DNA from: Amoebidium appalachense | Lineage: Eukaryota > Protista > Ichthyosporea | Length of the DNA: 64,000 bases | Direction of reading: 5' to 3' | Assembly: GCA_963693365.1 (NCBI GenBank) | Contig: CAVNZM010000004.1 | Location: 1,547,449-1,611,448, forward strand | Shown here: positions 44,046 to 59,100 of the stretch, in pieces | Layout: every line of letters starts with the position of its first letter | How positions within the stretch are numbered: position 1 is the stretch's first letter | Made by a program: the position numbers and the translations under genes | The notes under the pieces: model-generated | Told to the model about the DNA's origin: nothing | Databases searched by the model: none | The model's input: the letters and a program-made list of their open reading frames with translations, nothing else

Positions 44046-44243
44046 CCACACACGCACACACACACCCACCCACCCACCCACCCACACACACACACAACAC
44101 ACACAAAGAACACCTCCTGTCAATGTGTTGTTTACGCGAAAGAGTGAAGAAAGGTGTGAGGGGGGCGCAAAACTTTCAGCCAGGGGAAGGAAGAGAGAGA
44201 ATGATGGGACCGGGGGTATATGGCAGTTTCTGTTGACTGCAGC

Positions 44244-44597
44244 ACGAAGATGTAGAATAGTACGAGGATATAGAATAGTACGAGGACGTAGAATAATATG
44301 AGGATGTAGAATAATACGAGGATGTAGAATAATACGAGGATGTGGGTTAATACAAGGATGTGGGCTAATACGAGGATGTAGAATAATACGAGGATGTAGG
44401 CGGATACGAGGATATAGAATAATACGAATATGCAGAATAATACGAGGATGTGGGTTAATACGAGGATGTGGGCTAATACGAGGATGTAGAATAATACGAA
44501 TATGCAGAATAAAACGAGGATGTAGAAAAATACGAGGATGTAGAAAAATACGAGGAGGTAGAATAATACGAGGATGTAGAATAATATGAAGATGTAG
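44244..44597 (+). repeat. 18-bp minisatellite (acgaggatgtagaataat), ~19-20 units with sub-variants
   Basis: Tandem units with gggttaat, gggctaat and acgaatatgc variants; lies in an intron of copy B and is absent from the copy A intron. Confidence 0.95.
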
Positions 44598-44630
44598 GCT
44601 AAGGGGCCCAATTGCCGCAGAGAAAGAGTT

Positions 44631-44669
<39 letters not shown>

Positions 44670-44714
44670 CGCGCGCGCGTGTTTAAGGTGTGAAATATCA
44701 CCACACGTGCACGC

Positions 44715-44770
<56 letters not shown>

Positions 44771-44992
44771 GCGCCATACACACACACACATGTGTATCTA
44801 TACATACACCCCCCCCCCCCCCCCCCCCCACACACACACACATTCGTCTCCTTCCCTCCCTTTCTCTCCCTCCCCCCCCCCCCCCCTCTCTCCCTCTTCT
44901 CACCCCCACTTTCTCTCCATCTCCCCCCCCCCCCCCCCCAACTCTCTCTCTCACTCTCTCTGCCCCAATCCTCTTCTCTCCATCTCCGCTCT

Positions 44993-45071
<79 letters not shown>

Positions 45072-45088
45072 ACCCTCGCTCTCTTTCT

Positions 45089-45207
<119 letters not shown>

Positions 45208-45493
45208 TGGTGTATGTGTGTGTGTGTTTGTGTGTGTATATGTATTAGAGGGTATAGAGAAGGGGGACTTACTTGAATTTCGAGCGATCCATTTCCTGTT
45301 TCATGTTTCGAAGGGCTGCCTTGGCCTGTTTGGGCTTGGAGGGGATGGCACGCACCGTGCGGAACACACCAGAAGTGATCATGCCCCCTGTGGTGACCAC
45401 GTGGGTGGGTGAGAGGGGTGGCAGTGTGTGTACGTGTGTGTATGTGCTTGTGCGTGCGGCATAAATGTGTGTACGTGTGGAATGCGCGTGCGC

Positions 45494-45603
<110 letters not shown>

Positions 45604-45769
45604 CGTGCGCGCGCGCACACACACAGAATCTGCATTCATGCGGGCTCCTGCAGGTACGTGCATGTGTGTGCTGAGAACACGAGCAAGAAGAATGCAGACT
45701 GTTGGGTTCACGCAATAGATATTGAGGGTGCAACAAAGGGTGTGGCATATATCCGCCACAAACCACATG

Positions 45770-45810
<41 letters not shown>

Positions 45811-46342
45811 CATAACCATATGCACACGCTGAGCAAGCTATGACGGTATTGTGTTCTGCTGCTTCTTACTCTCTTTTCTTTTTTTGGGAGGGGAGGGGGC
45901 AAGACGACGTGAGACACCTCTACAATTCATTACTAACACCATAAATTGTAGAACACCATCATGGAGAAAAAGGTCCCTCCTTTCCCCCCTCTCCCCCTCT
46001 TCCCCCCCCCCCCCCCCCCTCCCCCAACACACACACACCCTACTCCCCTCACCACTCTCAAGCACAACCTGGACCTTCCTTCGCCACTTATCATCATTCC
46101 ATCCATAGATCTATTTTTATCCCTTTGTACGAGTCCTCACACCTTGTGTTTGTGTATGCGGGTGGAATCTTGTGTTTTAGGCATTGCTTTCTTGATCTAT
46201 AAGTTTCTGTGCGATTCTATTTTAGTTTGGGGAGGGGTGGGGGAGGCAACCTATAAACAGGCCCATGGCGATGTTTAGACTGATGGACGTGAAGATGTCG
46301 CTGAAGTTGGACTGTGTGTTTGTGTGTGTGTGTGTGTGTGTG

Positions 46343-46480
<138 letters not shown>

Positions 46481-46559
46481 TGTGTGGGTGTGCTTGTGTG
46501 GGTGCGTGCGTGCGTGTGTGTGTGTGGTGTTTATGTATGTACGTGTGTGTGGGTGAATG

Positions 46560-46647
<88 letters not shown>

Positions 46648-46709
46648 CTTTTTTTTTGGTGTGTGTGTGTGTGTGTGAATGTTTCGTGTGTGTGTGTGTG
46701 TGTGTGTGA

Positions 46710-46776
<67 letters not shown>

Positions 46777-47422
46777 TGTGTGTGCGCGCCCGTAGGTGTG
46801 TGGGTGTGTGTGTACGTGCATGTGTGTGTGTGTGTGTGATTTAGTTGTTGCACCCGTGTGTACATGGACTCTTGTTTCGTGCTCCCTGTTCGTGCTTGTT
46901 CACACACAACCCTGTTGTTCGATGCATGTTTTACGAGACCCTTTGCGAACAGACAGGCAAAGGCGGGGTGTGATTAGTAAAAGCTTTCCCACTTTGCAGA
47001 TCCCTACTAGTCAAGATCCGCGGTGACCACACTAAGTGTTCCATTGTGTCCGTGTGGTATTGCATGCATGTTGGCTTGGATAATGGCCTATAGAGTACAC
47101 GGAGGGCATTAATGAAATATACCAGGCCATATCCGCTTCTTCCCATTACTTTCCTTTGGCGTATGGGCTTGCACTGGTAACTTGGGTCCGTGGATTCACA
47201 CTGGCATGCATAAGTATACATGTGTGCGTGTGTGTCTGGGTGGGGTGGGTGTTGTGTGAGTGTGTGGGAAGGGGGAGGGGGGGGGGGGGGGGGGGGGGAT
47301 GGGGGGGTGGAGGGGGGGTCTTTTTTTCTTTTTCGTTTGTTTTGTTCTTTTCTTTTCTTTTCTTTTCTTTCTTTCTTTCTCTTTTTTTTTTTTTTTTTTT
47401 GGGGGGAGGGGGGAGGGGGGGG

Positions 47423-47458
<36 letters not shown>

Positions 47459-47571
47459 ATAATATTACTTTATGCTTCTCCAAAGCTTGTGTTTCTTTTC
47501 TTTCCTTACTTTCTTTTCTTTCTTTCTTTCTTTTTTCCTTTTCCCCCTTCCCCCCCCCCCCCCCCCCCTTT

Positions 47572-47617
<46 letters not shown>

Positions 47618-49668
47618 CTGGGGTCACGTAGGGCATCCTGACCCATGTACTCGCCATTGAACGCTGCAAATGCAGCCCTGTGCGGTGCAGGTCAAAGTCA
47701 GTTTCATGTATGATGGCCAATGCTTCCCTCTTACTTGACCCTTTCCCCGTCAAGCTTCGATCTCACCTTGATATATGGCTCTATCACACCTGCAAACTTT
47801 GAAAGTACATGGTGCCGGCACATATATATGTGAAGATGCCGGTTCTTATTTACACAAACAGCATGTAGACTACAATGCTTCTGATATCAGGACCAATCAA
47901 GCACCAGCACAACCAATAACATCACTCTAAACCTACCATACCCTGCACAACTACCCCACATAGACCCCCGAATTTCACTCACCTGACGGTAAACGATCCA
48001 GGAACCATGGGATTGATGGCCGGTAGGAAAACGACAGTGGGTGACGTGTGGCGGTACACGTGCTTCATCATTCCCACAGCAATCACACACAGCATCGTTG
48101 CTATGCCGCTTGCAAACGAACTTGGCACCTTGGCATAAGTTGTGATGGAATTTTCGGTGAAAAAGATGACGGCACAGCCAATGAATGGGGGTCCTAGCTG
48201 CCGCCAGTGCATTCGGAAACGGACGGCCATGGATGCGAACAGTGGCGGGAACAGGATGAATAGATACCTGGGGAGGGGCGGGAAGAGGGGGGTTAGATTG
48301 TGTTATGTGGTACGAAGAACACATTCATGACGGATAAAACCATGCAGACTCTGCAAGGTATAAAATAATCATGCATCATAAGCAAGAGCCCATCGTTTTG
48401 TTTGGTTTGTTTTTTCTTTTTGTTTCTTTATTTTTTGGGGGGGGGGGGGGGGGGCGGGAGGCGAGGGGGGGGGGAAGGGGGGTTCAGGTTAGGGGTAGTC
48501 TAGCCTATCACTAATCGTCCATATCTTTGACCAGAAACATTAATAACAACCTCCATAGCACGCACACAAACACATGCACACACACAGGCACAAAAGCACA
48601 CCAGAAGGAATGCATGCATGACATATCATAGAACCATGGCATATCATAAAAGGATGGCATTTGTAAACCACGCAGGGACTGAAAGAGTCAGTTTCAGACT
48701 TCAAGGAGAAGGAGGGGTGTTCTCTATGCGTGTCTGTGGGAGGTGAGTGGGTGGGTGTGTGTGTGCATGTGCTGTGGGGGGGGGGGGGGGGGGGGGGGGA
48801 AGGGTGATACATGCGTTAGAGGGTTGGAAAAATGGATGAGACAGAAAAGAGCAACAACAAAAATGTCACAAAAATAGGAAACCCAAAATCAAACAATTTA
48901 AGCGTGTAGGCAGAAGACACGTGAACAAAGCCCAACATCAGGGGGTTCCTATGCCTCCACAAAGCATGGGTTTCGACTCTTTAACCTCCCGCTGCTGGGG
49001 GGGAGGGGGGGGGGGGGGGGTATTTGCACCAGAAATCGTGGGCAATGACGCTTTGGCAGTTTGCCGAGTCCAGCCACTCCTTGACATTTGGGTACCAGAT
49101 GGCCACCACGGCCTGGCCACTCAGCACTCCCAGGCCGATCATATTGCCGATCATCGTGCCGGCCGCAAACCGCGACACACCAACAACTATCTGCCCGTTA
49201 AGCATCTCACACGTGCCTGGGGGATGGGGGGGGGGGGGGAGGGGAGGGGGAGGGGGAGGGGGTAAATGTGTTCCAGGGTGTGAAGTACTCATGCAGGGTG
49301 AGTCTGTGTGTGTGTGTGGGGGGGGGGGGGGGGGGGGGGGGGGAGGGGGGGGGGGGAGAACGTGTTGCAGAGTACGAAGCACAAATTCATTAAAGGGGTA
49401 GGAGGGGGGGAGGGGGGGGGGGGGAAGGGGGGAGGGGGGGGAGGGGGGCGGGATGTGTGTGAACGGGTGTGCGTATGCATGGGTGTGTGTGTGTGTGCAT
49501 GGGGGGAACACATGAATGGTAACAATCACCTGTATGTGCACATCTATAGGGGAGGGGGTGGGGGTGGGGTGGGGTGGAAGGGGAGATCGCAAGAGTCGCT
49601 GCTGCATAGTATGTGGGGAGGTACAGGAACGGGATGACAGCAGGAAAAGGAAAGCAGAGGAAGTCAGA

Positions 49669-49824
49669 GCTGAACAGCACATGCAATAGAATAACTATGA
49701 TGGAGTTGAACATTGCATGCAGTAAAATAGCTATGATGGAGTTGAACAGTGCATGCAGTAAAATAGCTATCATGGAGTTGAACAGTGCATGCAGTAAAAT
49801 ACCTATGATGGAGTTGAAAAGTGC
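49669..49824 (+). repeat. 36-bp tandem repeat (gttgaacagtgcatgcagtaaaatagctatgatgga), ~4 copies
   Basis: Head-to-tail, no spacers; a single homologous unit is present in the copy A intron at ~30630-30675. Confidence 0.9.
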
Positions 49825-49916
49825 GTAAGGAAACCGTGGCTCTTTCATAGCCGCTAAAATGAATCACATGGGCGATTCACCAACGCCACAATCACTGGTA
49901 CTAGCACGAGGGAACA

Positions 49917-49949
<33 letters not shown>

Positions 49950-50194
49950 AGAGGGAGGGGAACGGGGAAGGGGAAGGGAGAGGGGGAGTTGGGTGATGAT
50001 ATACCAAGGGTAACGGCAAAGCCAGGAAACCAGTATATGAGAGAGACAAGCATGGGCGCTAGCAAGCACTTCTCAACCGCAAACTCGTACAGAAACTGTG
50101 TGGTGGTGGTAATGGTGGTGAGTGGGTGGGGGAGGAAGGGTGGTTGTTGGTGTTGTTGGTGTTGTTGGTGTTGTTGTTGTTGTTGTTGTTGTTG

Positions 50195-50246
<52 letters not shown>

Positions 50247-50549
50247 GTGTGAAGGAAGATGGCAGGGAGTTCTGAAATTCGATGCATGGTTTCTTTGGTT
50301 TGCACGGGTGCTCGCTTGAGCACGTACAAGAGAGGGAAAGACGTTAGGTTGACTATGCAGCCAAAGGTGGGTTGCAACAAAACTGAGTTATGGCAAACAA
50401 TAGAAACGAACAAAAAATATTGTGACAATAAAAAAACAAATAAAAATTATTTTGACAATTAGAATGACAAATAAAAATCATTTCGACAACAAACTTAACA
50501 AATAAGACAGTCATAAACATTGCAAACATCAAAAATAATATATCCCCCC

Positions 50550-50601
<52 letters not shown>

Positions 50602-50762
50602 ACACCAGCTGAGGGCACATACCGATGAGAACAGGCCGACAAGGAATCCGACCAGATAACTCTGGCACGGTTTATGTGGGGGCGTTTCTTGGTGCACAAG
50701 TACTGTGTGCATGTCATGGTCAGACCGGAATCACGTTTTTTGCATGCTCCCACAAGGCCCAC

Positions 50763-51372
50763 TATGGTGCCGGTAGTCTGTAGCACTCCAAAAAAGAAAA
50801 AACGGGGGAAAACATTCTTCTCGTCGGTCGATTTCAAAAATTCTTGGATAGCTCGAACGGCCTCAAAAGGGCCAATTTGACCCCCCGACCTCAGCCAACG
50901 ACGTCATCAAACCAGCCTAGAGATTTGCTTGATATACCATATATAGATATAGACATAGATAGTCTATGTATATATGGATCTGGAACTTGACCCCCCAGGG
51001 GGTTTCTTTACGTTTTCACGAATATTTCAGTCATTTTTGCAAAATTTGGATTTCTGAAAAAAGTTTCATGGATAAGTCGACTGCGCGGAGCATGTAGAAC
51101 ACATTATTTTTGTTTCAGCATCACTCCTTCATTGTTTCCCCAAAAAGCGCCAATCTAGGGTCAGTTAGTAAAAATCTAATTCAAACCAAAATTTCAAAAT
51201 GTTCCTGTGGTGGCACCGGGCAAGTATCCGGATGCATTTGAAGTGGATATCAAGACGTACATTTTGACGTGTCCATTTCTGATATATCCCAATTCTACGG
51301 GGAGCGACGATCTCTCGGATCGGGGTGATTTTGGGATCTGAAATTGAAGGGCTTCAGAGTACCGGCACCATA
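50763..51372. mobile_element. Non-autonomous DNA transposon (MITE), probable TA target duplication (Tc1/mariner-like)
   Basis: Left end tatggtgccggtagtctgtagcactcca versus reverse complement of right end tatggtgccggtactctgaagcccttca (24/28, including the flanking TA). No ORF inside; absent at the paralogous site in copy A (~32700). Confidence 0.75.
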
Positions 51373-51691
51373 CCAGCTACTGGTAAGAAAAAACATTTGG
51401 GGCTATGCCAATCCACTCTTCGTCCATTTACATGCCTTCAGCTATAGACCCAAGGATGCTTGTAAATGAGCAGAGTAGTGGATAGCATAGACTCGAGTTT
51501 CGGCCCCGTCAGCGGCTCCAATGCACAAATGTTTGCGCAATCGAAATTACGTCATCAGAGTATATTTATCAGTATCTACTCAATCCCCCCCTCCCCCCCC
51601 TCCCCCCCCCCCCCCCTCTCCTTAACCCTTCCCTCAACTTACCCAGAGCCAGTATGCTCACTTCTTGGCCGGCTCACACGCATCTCCTCAA

Positions 51692-51722
<31 letters not shown>

Positions 51723-52924
51723 CACCCACCCACCCACCCACACCCTCCCCCTCCTCATCTCCTGACATGTATCCTGGGCTCTTCACATTCATGCCCTTAT
51801 ATCAAGAATGGGCATCCACATGCAGGCCTCAAATTCGGCATAAAGGAGCATGAATCGCAGTCAACACAAAGCATAGACATCGGGCACACAGTGCTCCACC
51901 ACCTCACCTCACCTCTGAGCAGGCTAAAGCTAGAAGGGAGAAAAGAAACAGGAAGCAAAAAAAACAAAAAAGAACCAAAGAAAGAAAAAATAAAGGGAGG
52001 GGGGGGGGGGGGGGGGGAGGACACGATACACCATCAATACAAGCACATGCACACACCAGCCACCTAGCTACCTCGCTGAAAATACCACAGCCCAACCCAA
52101 GAAGTGCAGCCCAGCCCATACTTGTCCACCCGCCACCAAATGCAGCAACTGACATCATGCCACTGTGGACGGGATATGCGCAAAAAATTAACCAGCGGGG
52201 ATAGTTGTCGGTGTTGTGCTGCACAAGACGGAGCTGGTGCTTGGCTGTCGGCAGATCCCACGTCTGTATATCAAAACGCGTAAATATATATATCAGATGA
52301 AATCATGGTATATCACAAATGTGAGGTATGTTACAAATATGAGGTATAAAGCAAAAAGGGGCGTTTGCCTGATGAGGTGTGTGCAAACAGAAAGGTTTTT
52401 TCCCTCCTTTTTTCCTTTTTCTTTCTTTCTTTCTTTAAGAAAGTGTCACCACATGGTGTGAATTGCTGAATGTCTGTATACGGAAAATACCATTGTGCCC
52501 ACAGTAATCAGGGGAACAAAGGAACCAAATTTTTGATGCTCGATAGCTCCCACATGCTCCACTGCAGTTGCATGGTTGGACTCTTACGCTTATCAATAAT
52601 CGCCATCCTAAAACTTTGAAAAAGGGTATATACACGTCAAATTTCAACGTAAAAATCCCAAATAAGTATAAGTTTTTCACAATCATTTTATGCCCAGGCG
52701 ATGGTCCGAAATCGATCTATTGGACATGGCCCCTAGCCAAGCCATATATTTTACCAATCTCTTATTTGCATACAAGCCGCTTATAATTAGGCCCACGGCA
52801 AAGTACCAAATCTCCCCTTCCATTCGGCTCTTTTATTACGCCCTCTGTCTATCTACCTCTCTACCTGCCCCCTCCCCCCGCCCCCCCCCCCCTCCCCCCC
52901 TCCCTCCTGCTCCACACACACAAC

Positions 52925-52961
<37 letters not shown>

Positions 52962-53104
52962 ACCTCCCTCCGGCACTCACAATCGCGGTTGTGAAAACAT
53001 GCACACACACACCAGTGCCACCGCCACCATCACCACATTCTCCCCATTCACATGCACGCCAACACAAACCTTACCACCAACTCCCCCCCCCCCCCCCCCC
53101 CTCC

Positions 53105-53135
<31 letters not shown>

Positions 53136-54110
53136 AAAAAAAAGGTGTGTGTGTGTGTGTGTGTGTGAGGGGGGGGGGGGGGGAGGGGGGGAGACATACC
53201 CCAGTGATGACTGCTTGGGCCACCTCCTCCGCATCCTCAAGATTCTGAGATTTGATTGGTCGGTTGGCAAAATATCCGCCATGAATTTATGCGTATACGG
53301 GCAGTAAGAACTATGAAAGTATCCACATGAGAACAAAAGAAACTCACGTGATTAGCAAAAAACACCATATGAAGTTGAGCTAGTTACGGTATAGGCAATA
53401 TCCCGGGTTGTCTACAACATACAGAAGCATTCCCTCTTTATGCTAAGTTTATGCTACGAGGGAGTTTTGAAATAGGGAAAGACGGAGTGGGACACACAGC
53501 CCCACAGATATGCTCATGGTTGGTTCAACACACACACAAAAACCAAAAATACACATCCAAATGAATAAGGGGCACTGCCATTGTCTGCAGTTGTGAACAC
53601 AGCCACAGAGGGGTCAGGGGAGGGGGGGGGGGGGGGGGGTTTGAATGCGGAACACGGTACAAAGTACGCATACACGACGAGAAGCATGGTGCAGGACACA
53701 TGCAAAGGCAAACATTCAAGTATGCAACATCAGCCATGTGCACAGTATGCGTCATAAGCAGAGCCCATCCTCAGGGAGGACCCAAGTCATCAATTGCGTC
53801 TGAGTTTCGACCCCTTAGCCCGCGTATATACGACACTCCAACTCAGACAGCAGCATCAACTGAGCTTGGGCGGGTCAACCCGTCTTGATCAAAGACGAGC
53901 AGGGTTGCTTATGCAAGCAAGGTGAGCAAAACGGTGAAGATGTGTGGGGGGGGGGGGGGGGGGGGGGGGGGGGAAGGAGGGCCATGCATGAACTAAAGGT
54001 TGTGCGTGCGTGCGTGTGTATGTGCATGTGTGCGTGTGTGTGTGTGTGCGCGTGCGTTCGTGCGTGTGTGCGTATGTGTGTGTGTGCGCGCGCGTGTGTG
54101 CTCATGTGTG

Positions 54111-54245
54111 TGCACTTGCTTGTACGTCAATTAGTTAGTGCTTGCAGGCATGCATTCCGCGTGTGTGCGTATGTGCTTGTGTGTGTGTGTGTGTGTATGC
54201 ACTTGCTTGTACGTCAATTAGTTAGTGCTTGCAGGCATGCATTCC
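54111..54245 (+). repeat. 48-bp direct repeat, 87-bp period, intronic in copy B
   Basis: tgcacttgcttgtacgtcaattagttagtgcttgcaggcatgcattcc at 54111 and 54198. Confidence 0.9.
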
Positions 54246-54502
54246 TTCATTCGCATCGGCATGGGTATTTTGTGTTGGAAAAGAAGGGTGTGCATGTTGG
54301 GGGGGGGGGGGGGGGGGGGGGGAAGGAATGAAGGGTAAAAAGTCAACAGTGCCAACCGTACCCACAGGTGTTGTAAAGGGGAGAAGGGAAGATAGCGGGT
54401 GACGGACCTGTGGGAGGCCCACAGGCCCGTTGGCTCGATACTGAACGTCAGGTCCTTGACACCAAGCGCCTCCTTGAGTTCACCGATGTACTGCATGGTG
54501 AA

Positions 54503-54540
<38 letters not shown>

Positions 54541-54637
54541 GTGCGTGGTAAAGAATCAAAGAAAAGGTATTGAAGAGCCCCCTCGCCCCCAAACCCCCCA
54601 ACCCCCTCCCCCAAGAGAGAGGGAGGGGGGGGGAGAG

Positions 54638-54698
<61 letters not shown>

Positions 54699-54715
54699 CT
54701 AGAGAGAGAGGGAGG

Positions 54716-54870
<155 letters not shown>

Positions 54871-57295
54871 GAAGAAGAGATCGAAAAAATGTAGAGGCGA
54901 AAAAGGCGAAAAAAGAGGGGGGGAGGGGGAGGGGGGGAGGGGGGATATTCAAAGTCTGCGTCTCCAGTAGGGATTTGACCGGTCCTGGGCAAGTGAAGGG
55001 GGGGTTTGTGGGGGAAGGGGGAGGGAAGCATAATGAAGAACCTTCCACAAATGCGTATCATGGGCTACAACAACCATCACCATGTACCCTCTCTCTGACA
55101 CCCTCCCACACCAACCCCAAAATCACATAGCAATCCCCCCCCCCCCCCCCCCCCCCCTTCCCCCCCTCCTCAACCCCGTCATGACTAGCCCACTCGTACA
55201 TATACACATCACCCCACTGTCTCTCCATTTGCACACATCCATTCTCCCCCCCCCCTCCCTCCCTCCCTTTCCCCACCTCCCTCCTTCCCCTCCACCCTCA
55301 CCACTCTAGCCTCTATACCTCCTTCACCCCTTTCTTTGTCTTCTACCCAACCACTACCACCCACACCACTCTCACTGTGTGTGACACCTCCGCCACCAAG
55401 AAATCCACGGTCCTTCCTCCCCAGTGAGTCCCCACTTTTGCTTCTAAAACCCACCCCACACACCTCCAAGACGAAGAAAGTGGGCATCTGCTCAAAGCAC
55501 ACAGTGTCACGGCCATCTCCGTCAGGAAGGTGACCTCTTCGGCCTTTGTGTCTGCGGCTGCCTGGTGCTGCAGTGCCTGTTTCAACTCCACAAGGTTCGT
55601 GTGCCGAAACAGCTCACTGCGCTTGTTGATGGTGGCCTGCACGTCGTAATGCGGAGAAACAAGGAAAATGTGTGAGAAGAGATATGTTAACGGAAGGAGA
55701 GAAGGGGATTTGTGGTGAGGGGGACAGGGGGAAATGGGTAATAATGCATTCAAAGTTTGACATTCAATCATGTGTTTAACCAGAAACACTGTGCATCATT
55801 GAACTCTTGTATTTTTCCGCAGTTTCTGGCCTGTTTTTTTACTATTTTCTCTTAGAAAACGAGGAATGCCACGAGAGGTAGGCAAATAAGGTGTGCGCTT
55901 CAGGATTCAGCTCCTCTTTACACATTCATACTCGAAAAATGCTTCTACTTTTGTTTAATTGCATGGCACTTCCAGTAGGCCATATATAGGCACACAACCG
56001 AGATGATCTCATGTATGACCACCGTGACACTGCGGCACACACGCGCGCGCACACACACACACACGCATACCACACTGGCAGACAGGGCATTTCATACACA
56101 CACAGTTATACACATACAGTTACACACCTACATACGGCTGCGTGAAGTCGTGGGCTTAGGGTTCAGGATGCCATGCCGTCGCACACGAGTATCATTGCTG
56201 CCTCTCCTGTGTCACTGCTCAGTGAAGAACGAGAATAGGCCCATGTGGCTGAGCCTCACGGTCCTGGATCGACAATCCAGGGTATAAGCTGTTGCTACAA
56301 CAAAGGCACTGAGTCACGCTGGTGGCATACCTGCATAATGGAGGTTGATATTGCGGGTGAAAGGCCCGCTGTAAAAATGTGGTGGTAGTTACTTTAGTCG
56401 AGTGTGGGCAAATCATGGCCGCAGAGGGTTCGTGATCACTACTACACGTATCCTATGGTGGTGGTTGCACCAATTCCATCGATGCCACGCGGCCAAGTAC
56501 AAAGTAAAAACACCTGCACTTGGTTGCCCATGAAAGTGCACTGTGAAAGTTGACCGTAAGCGTTGTCAAGAGAATATGCAGTGTCTGCCAATCGTTATTT
56601 TAAGAATCGGGCCATTGGCATTTGACAAGATAAGTGTGCGGTCATTTTTCACAGTAGCTTGTAAACAGTGATTGCTCCGTCCAATGAGAGCTCAATGTCG
56701 TAACCGTGAATTGTGAATCAGAAAGTCGCAAAACTGCACACAGCTTTCACTGTTTACTGTCTCTATAAAAATATTTATTGAGCTGTCTTCCGGGGGTGAA
56801 CACTTCAAATCACTGCAAGGCACAGTTTGGTGAAGGCTTCAAATGGACGGTAGAGTCTGATTATGTCTGATAGAGGAAGATACTGGTAGTTCATTGGGTA
56901 TAGGTCATGCAACATCTTTGGCGACTGGTAAATGTGCGGCTGCCGGTGAAAGTTTGCGTCACAGTCCTTGGCACATTTTCAGTTGAAAACGGACCAGTTT
57001 TTCCCTCCCTTGAAGTTCCGGCTGTATTGCCTGTGTGCATTTGGGAGGTCCAAGGGAGCTTAGTTGATGGCAGCACAGAATGCATTAGCTCCGGTGCTCT
57101 AGCTTTCTATTCTCCCTCGAGTCGGGAAAGTCAGATAAGCAGTCAACAGTTCGCAGGCATCCTGTTGACTGAATTCGCCATTACAACCAAGAAGGGAGTA
57201 AACCATTTGTCGTCCAAACATCGTTCCACGGCAGGGTGGTTGCTAGTTGCGAAGACAGTGAAGTTATAGGCCCAACGGTACTTCACACCGAAACC

Positions 57296-58575
57296 ATGTC
57301 GTTTTCATCGGAGACAAGCAAGCCACTGGATCTGTCCGGGTCGAAAGGGTGGCAGGTGCCCTCAATACCCTTCAAGTGGGTTCGTTTCATAGCACTGGCT
57401 GGTGTTCTGTCGGTGGGCTTTGTGCTATGGTCAAGCAAAGGTGAGCAGAAGGCCGGGGCTGAGACATACATGCACACGGAGACAAAAACTGCTGTTTCGG
57501 ACACTGTCAAGAACGAGGGCTCTGAGGGTTCCAATGGGCTCCCATATACCCCACCGGGCGCCCTCCTGCCACAAACACACGTGCATGACCTACACCTCCC
57601 TCTGCTGAGCGACCAACGGCCACCAGACGACAAATATTCCCCTCAGAACTATGTGTATCCAACCACCGACTCAAACAAGCGTGCAAACGCCGCAATTATC
57701 TTGCTAACTAGAGAACAAGAGCTGGTCGGGCTGAGGGAGGTCCTGATCAGCTTTGAGGAAAAGTTCAACAAGTAAGGCCTCCTGCTCTACTCTCCGTAGT
57801 TGCACTTGTGTGGGGACTTGTGAAAGCGAAAGACCTTAGACTGATTTCCTGTTGAAAATATTTAAGGAGGTTTACACGCGTCCACGCAAACACGTACACA
57901 TGCACGCATGCCTGCTGCTGCCTGCGAATGCACTCACGCATACGCATGCGTACTCGCGTGAACACATGCACATACTCTCACATGCATACCTGCGTGAACG
58001 CACACACACACACACACAAACACACACATACACATTCGCGCCCGCGTTCGTATGTCACGCACACACACATGCACACACACACACACACACGCATTCACAC
58101 CCGCGCAAACTCAGTCATGCCAAATCACAAAGCTAGAGCACGTGACAACACATTCTCCTCTTGCACGGCACATCTGGTTGTGTGCACAGGTATCCGCCCC
58201 TCCCCCCCTTTCTTCGCACAACAACCTTCCCTGACACCTATAAATGACCAGTCATCTCGGCCCCACTGCCTTTTCCGGTTAAGCATCCCCCATCCTCGAC
58301 ATCCAAGCTGTCCTGCCCCTCCCCCCCCCCCACCCCCCACAAATACACACACACGTTGCATGCTCGCTCCTCCTCTGTTTTCATATGGACACATAGTTAA
58401 GTCCTTGAAATGTATGTTTGCTACAAATAGCCAGGACTAGGGGTGCACAAACAATTTGGAAAGGTCACGTTTCAGAATGTGCGCTCACAGGCGCAAAAAA
58501 GGTACAGGCACTGCTGGTACACTGAAACGCACGGGCACACACAAACCAAGAGGCACACACAGGCCCACAGACATG

Positions 58576-58667
<92 letters not shown>

Positions 58668-58674
58668 CACACGC

Positions 58675-58720
<46 letters not shown>

Positions 58721-59055
58721 ACCCGTGTACATTCGCACACCCACACAAGCACATACACATACACACGCCAACACACAACCGCTATACACTTGTGGCGTGT
58801 GACGAATGCTCTTAACCTTTTTGATTTAACTCCCTTTTCTTTCAGAAAAAAACAACATTGCTCAGATGCTGCCACAGCCCAGCCCCCCCCTCCCCCCCCC
58901 CCCCCCTTCGGGGGGTCCCCCGAAATCGGGTACTACCATGAATGATTTAGGCCGCACTGAGGATGGTCCTGCTTATTATGCATGCTCTTTATGTGTGTTT
59001 GCACTCTGCTTTGTGTCGTTCGTTATAATCGTGTCCTTCGTGACCTTCAACACAT

Positions 59056-59100
<45 letters not shown>

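Noticed and set aside
49669-49824. 36-bp repeat resembling a CRISPR repeat in length
   Set aside because: Head-to-tail with no spacers, no cas genes, in a eukaryotic intron, with a single ancestral unit in the paralogue
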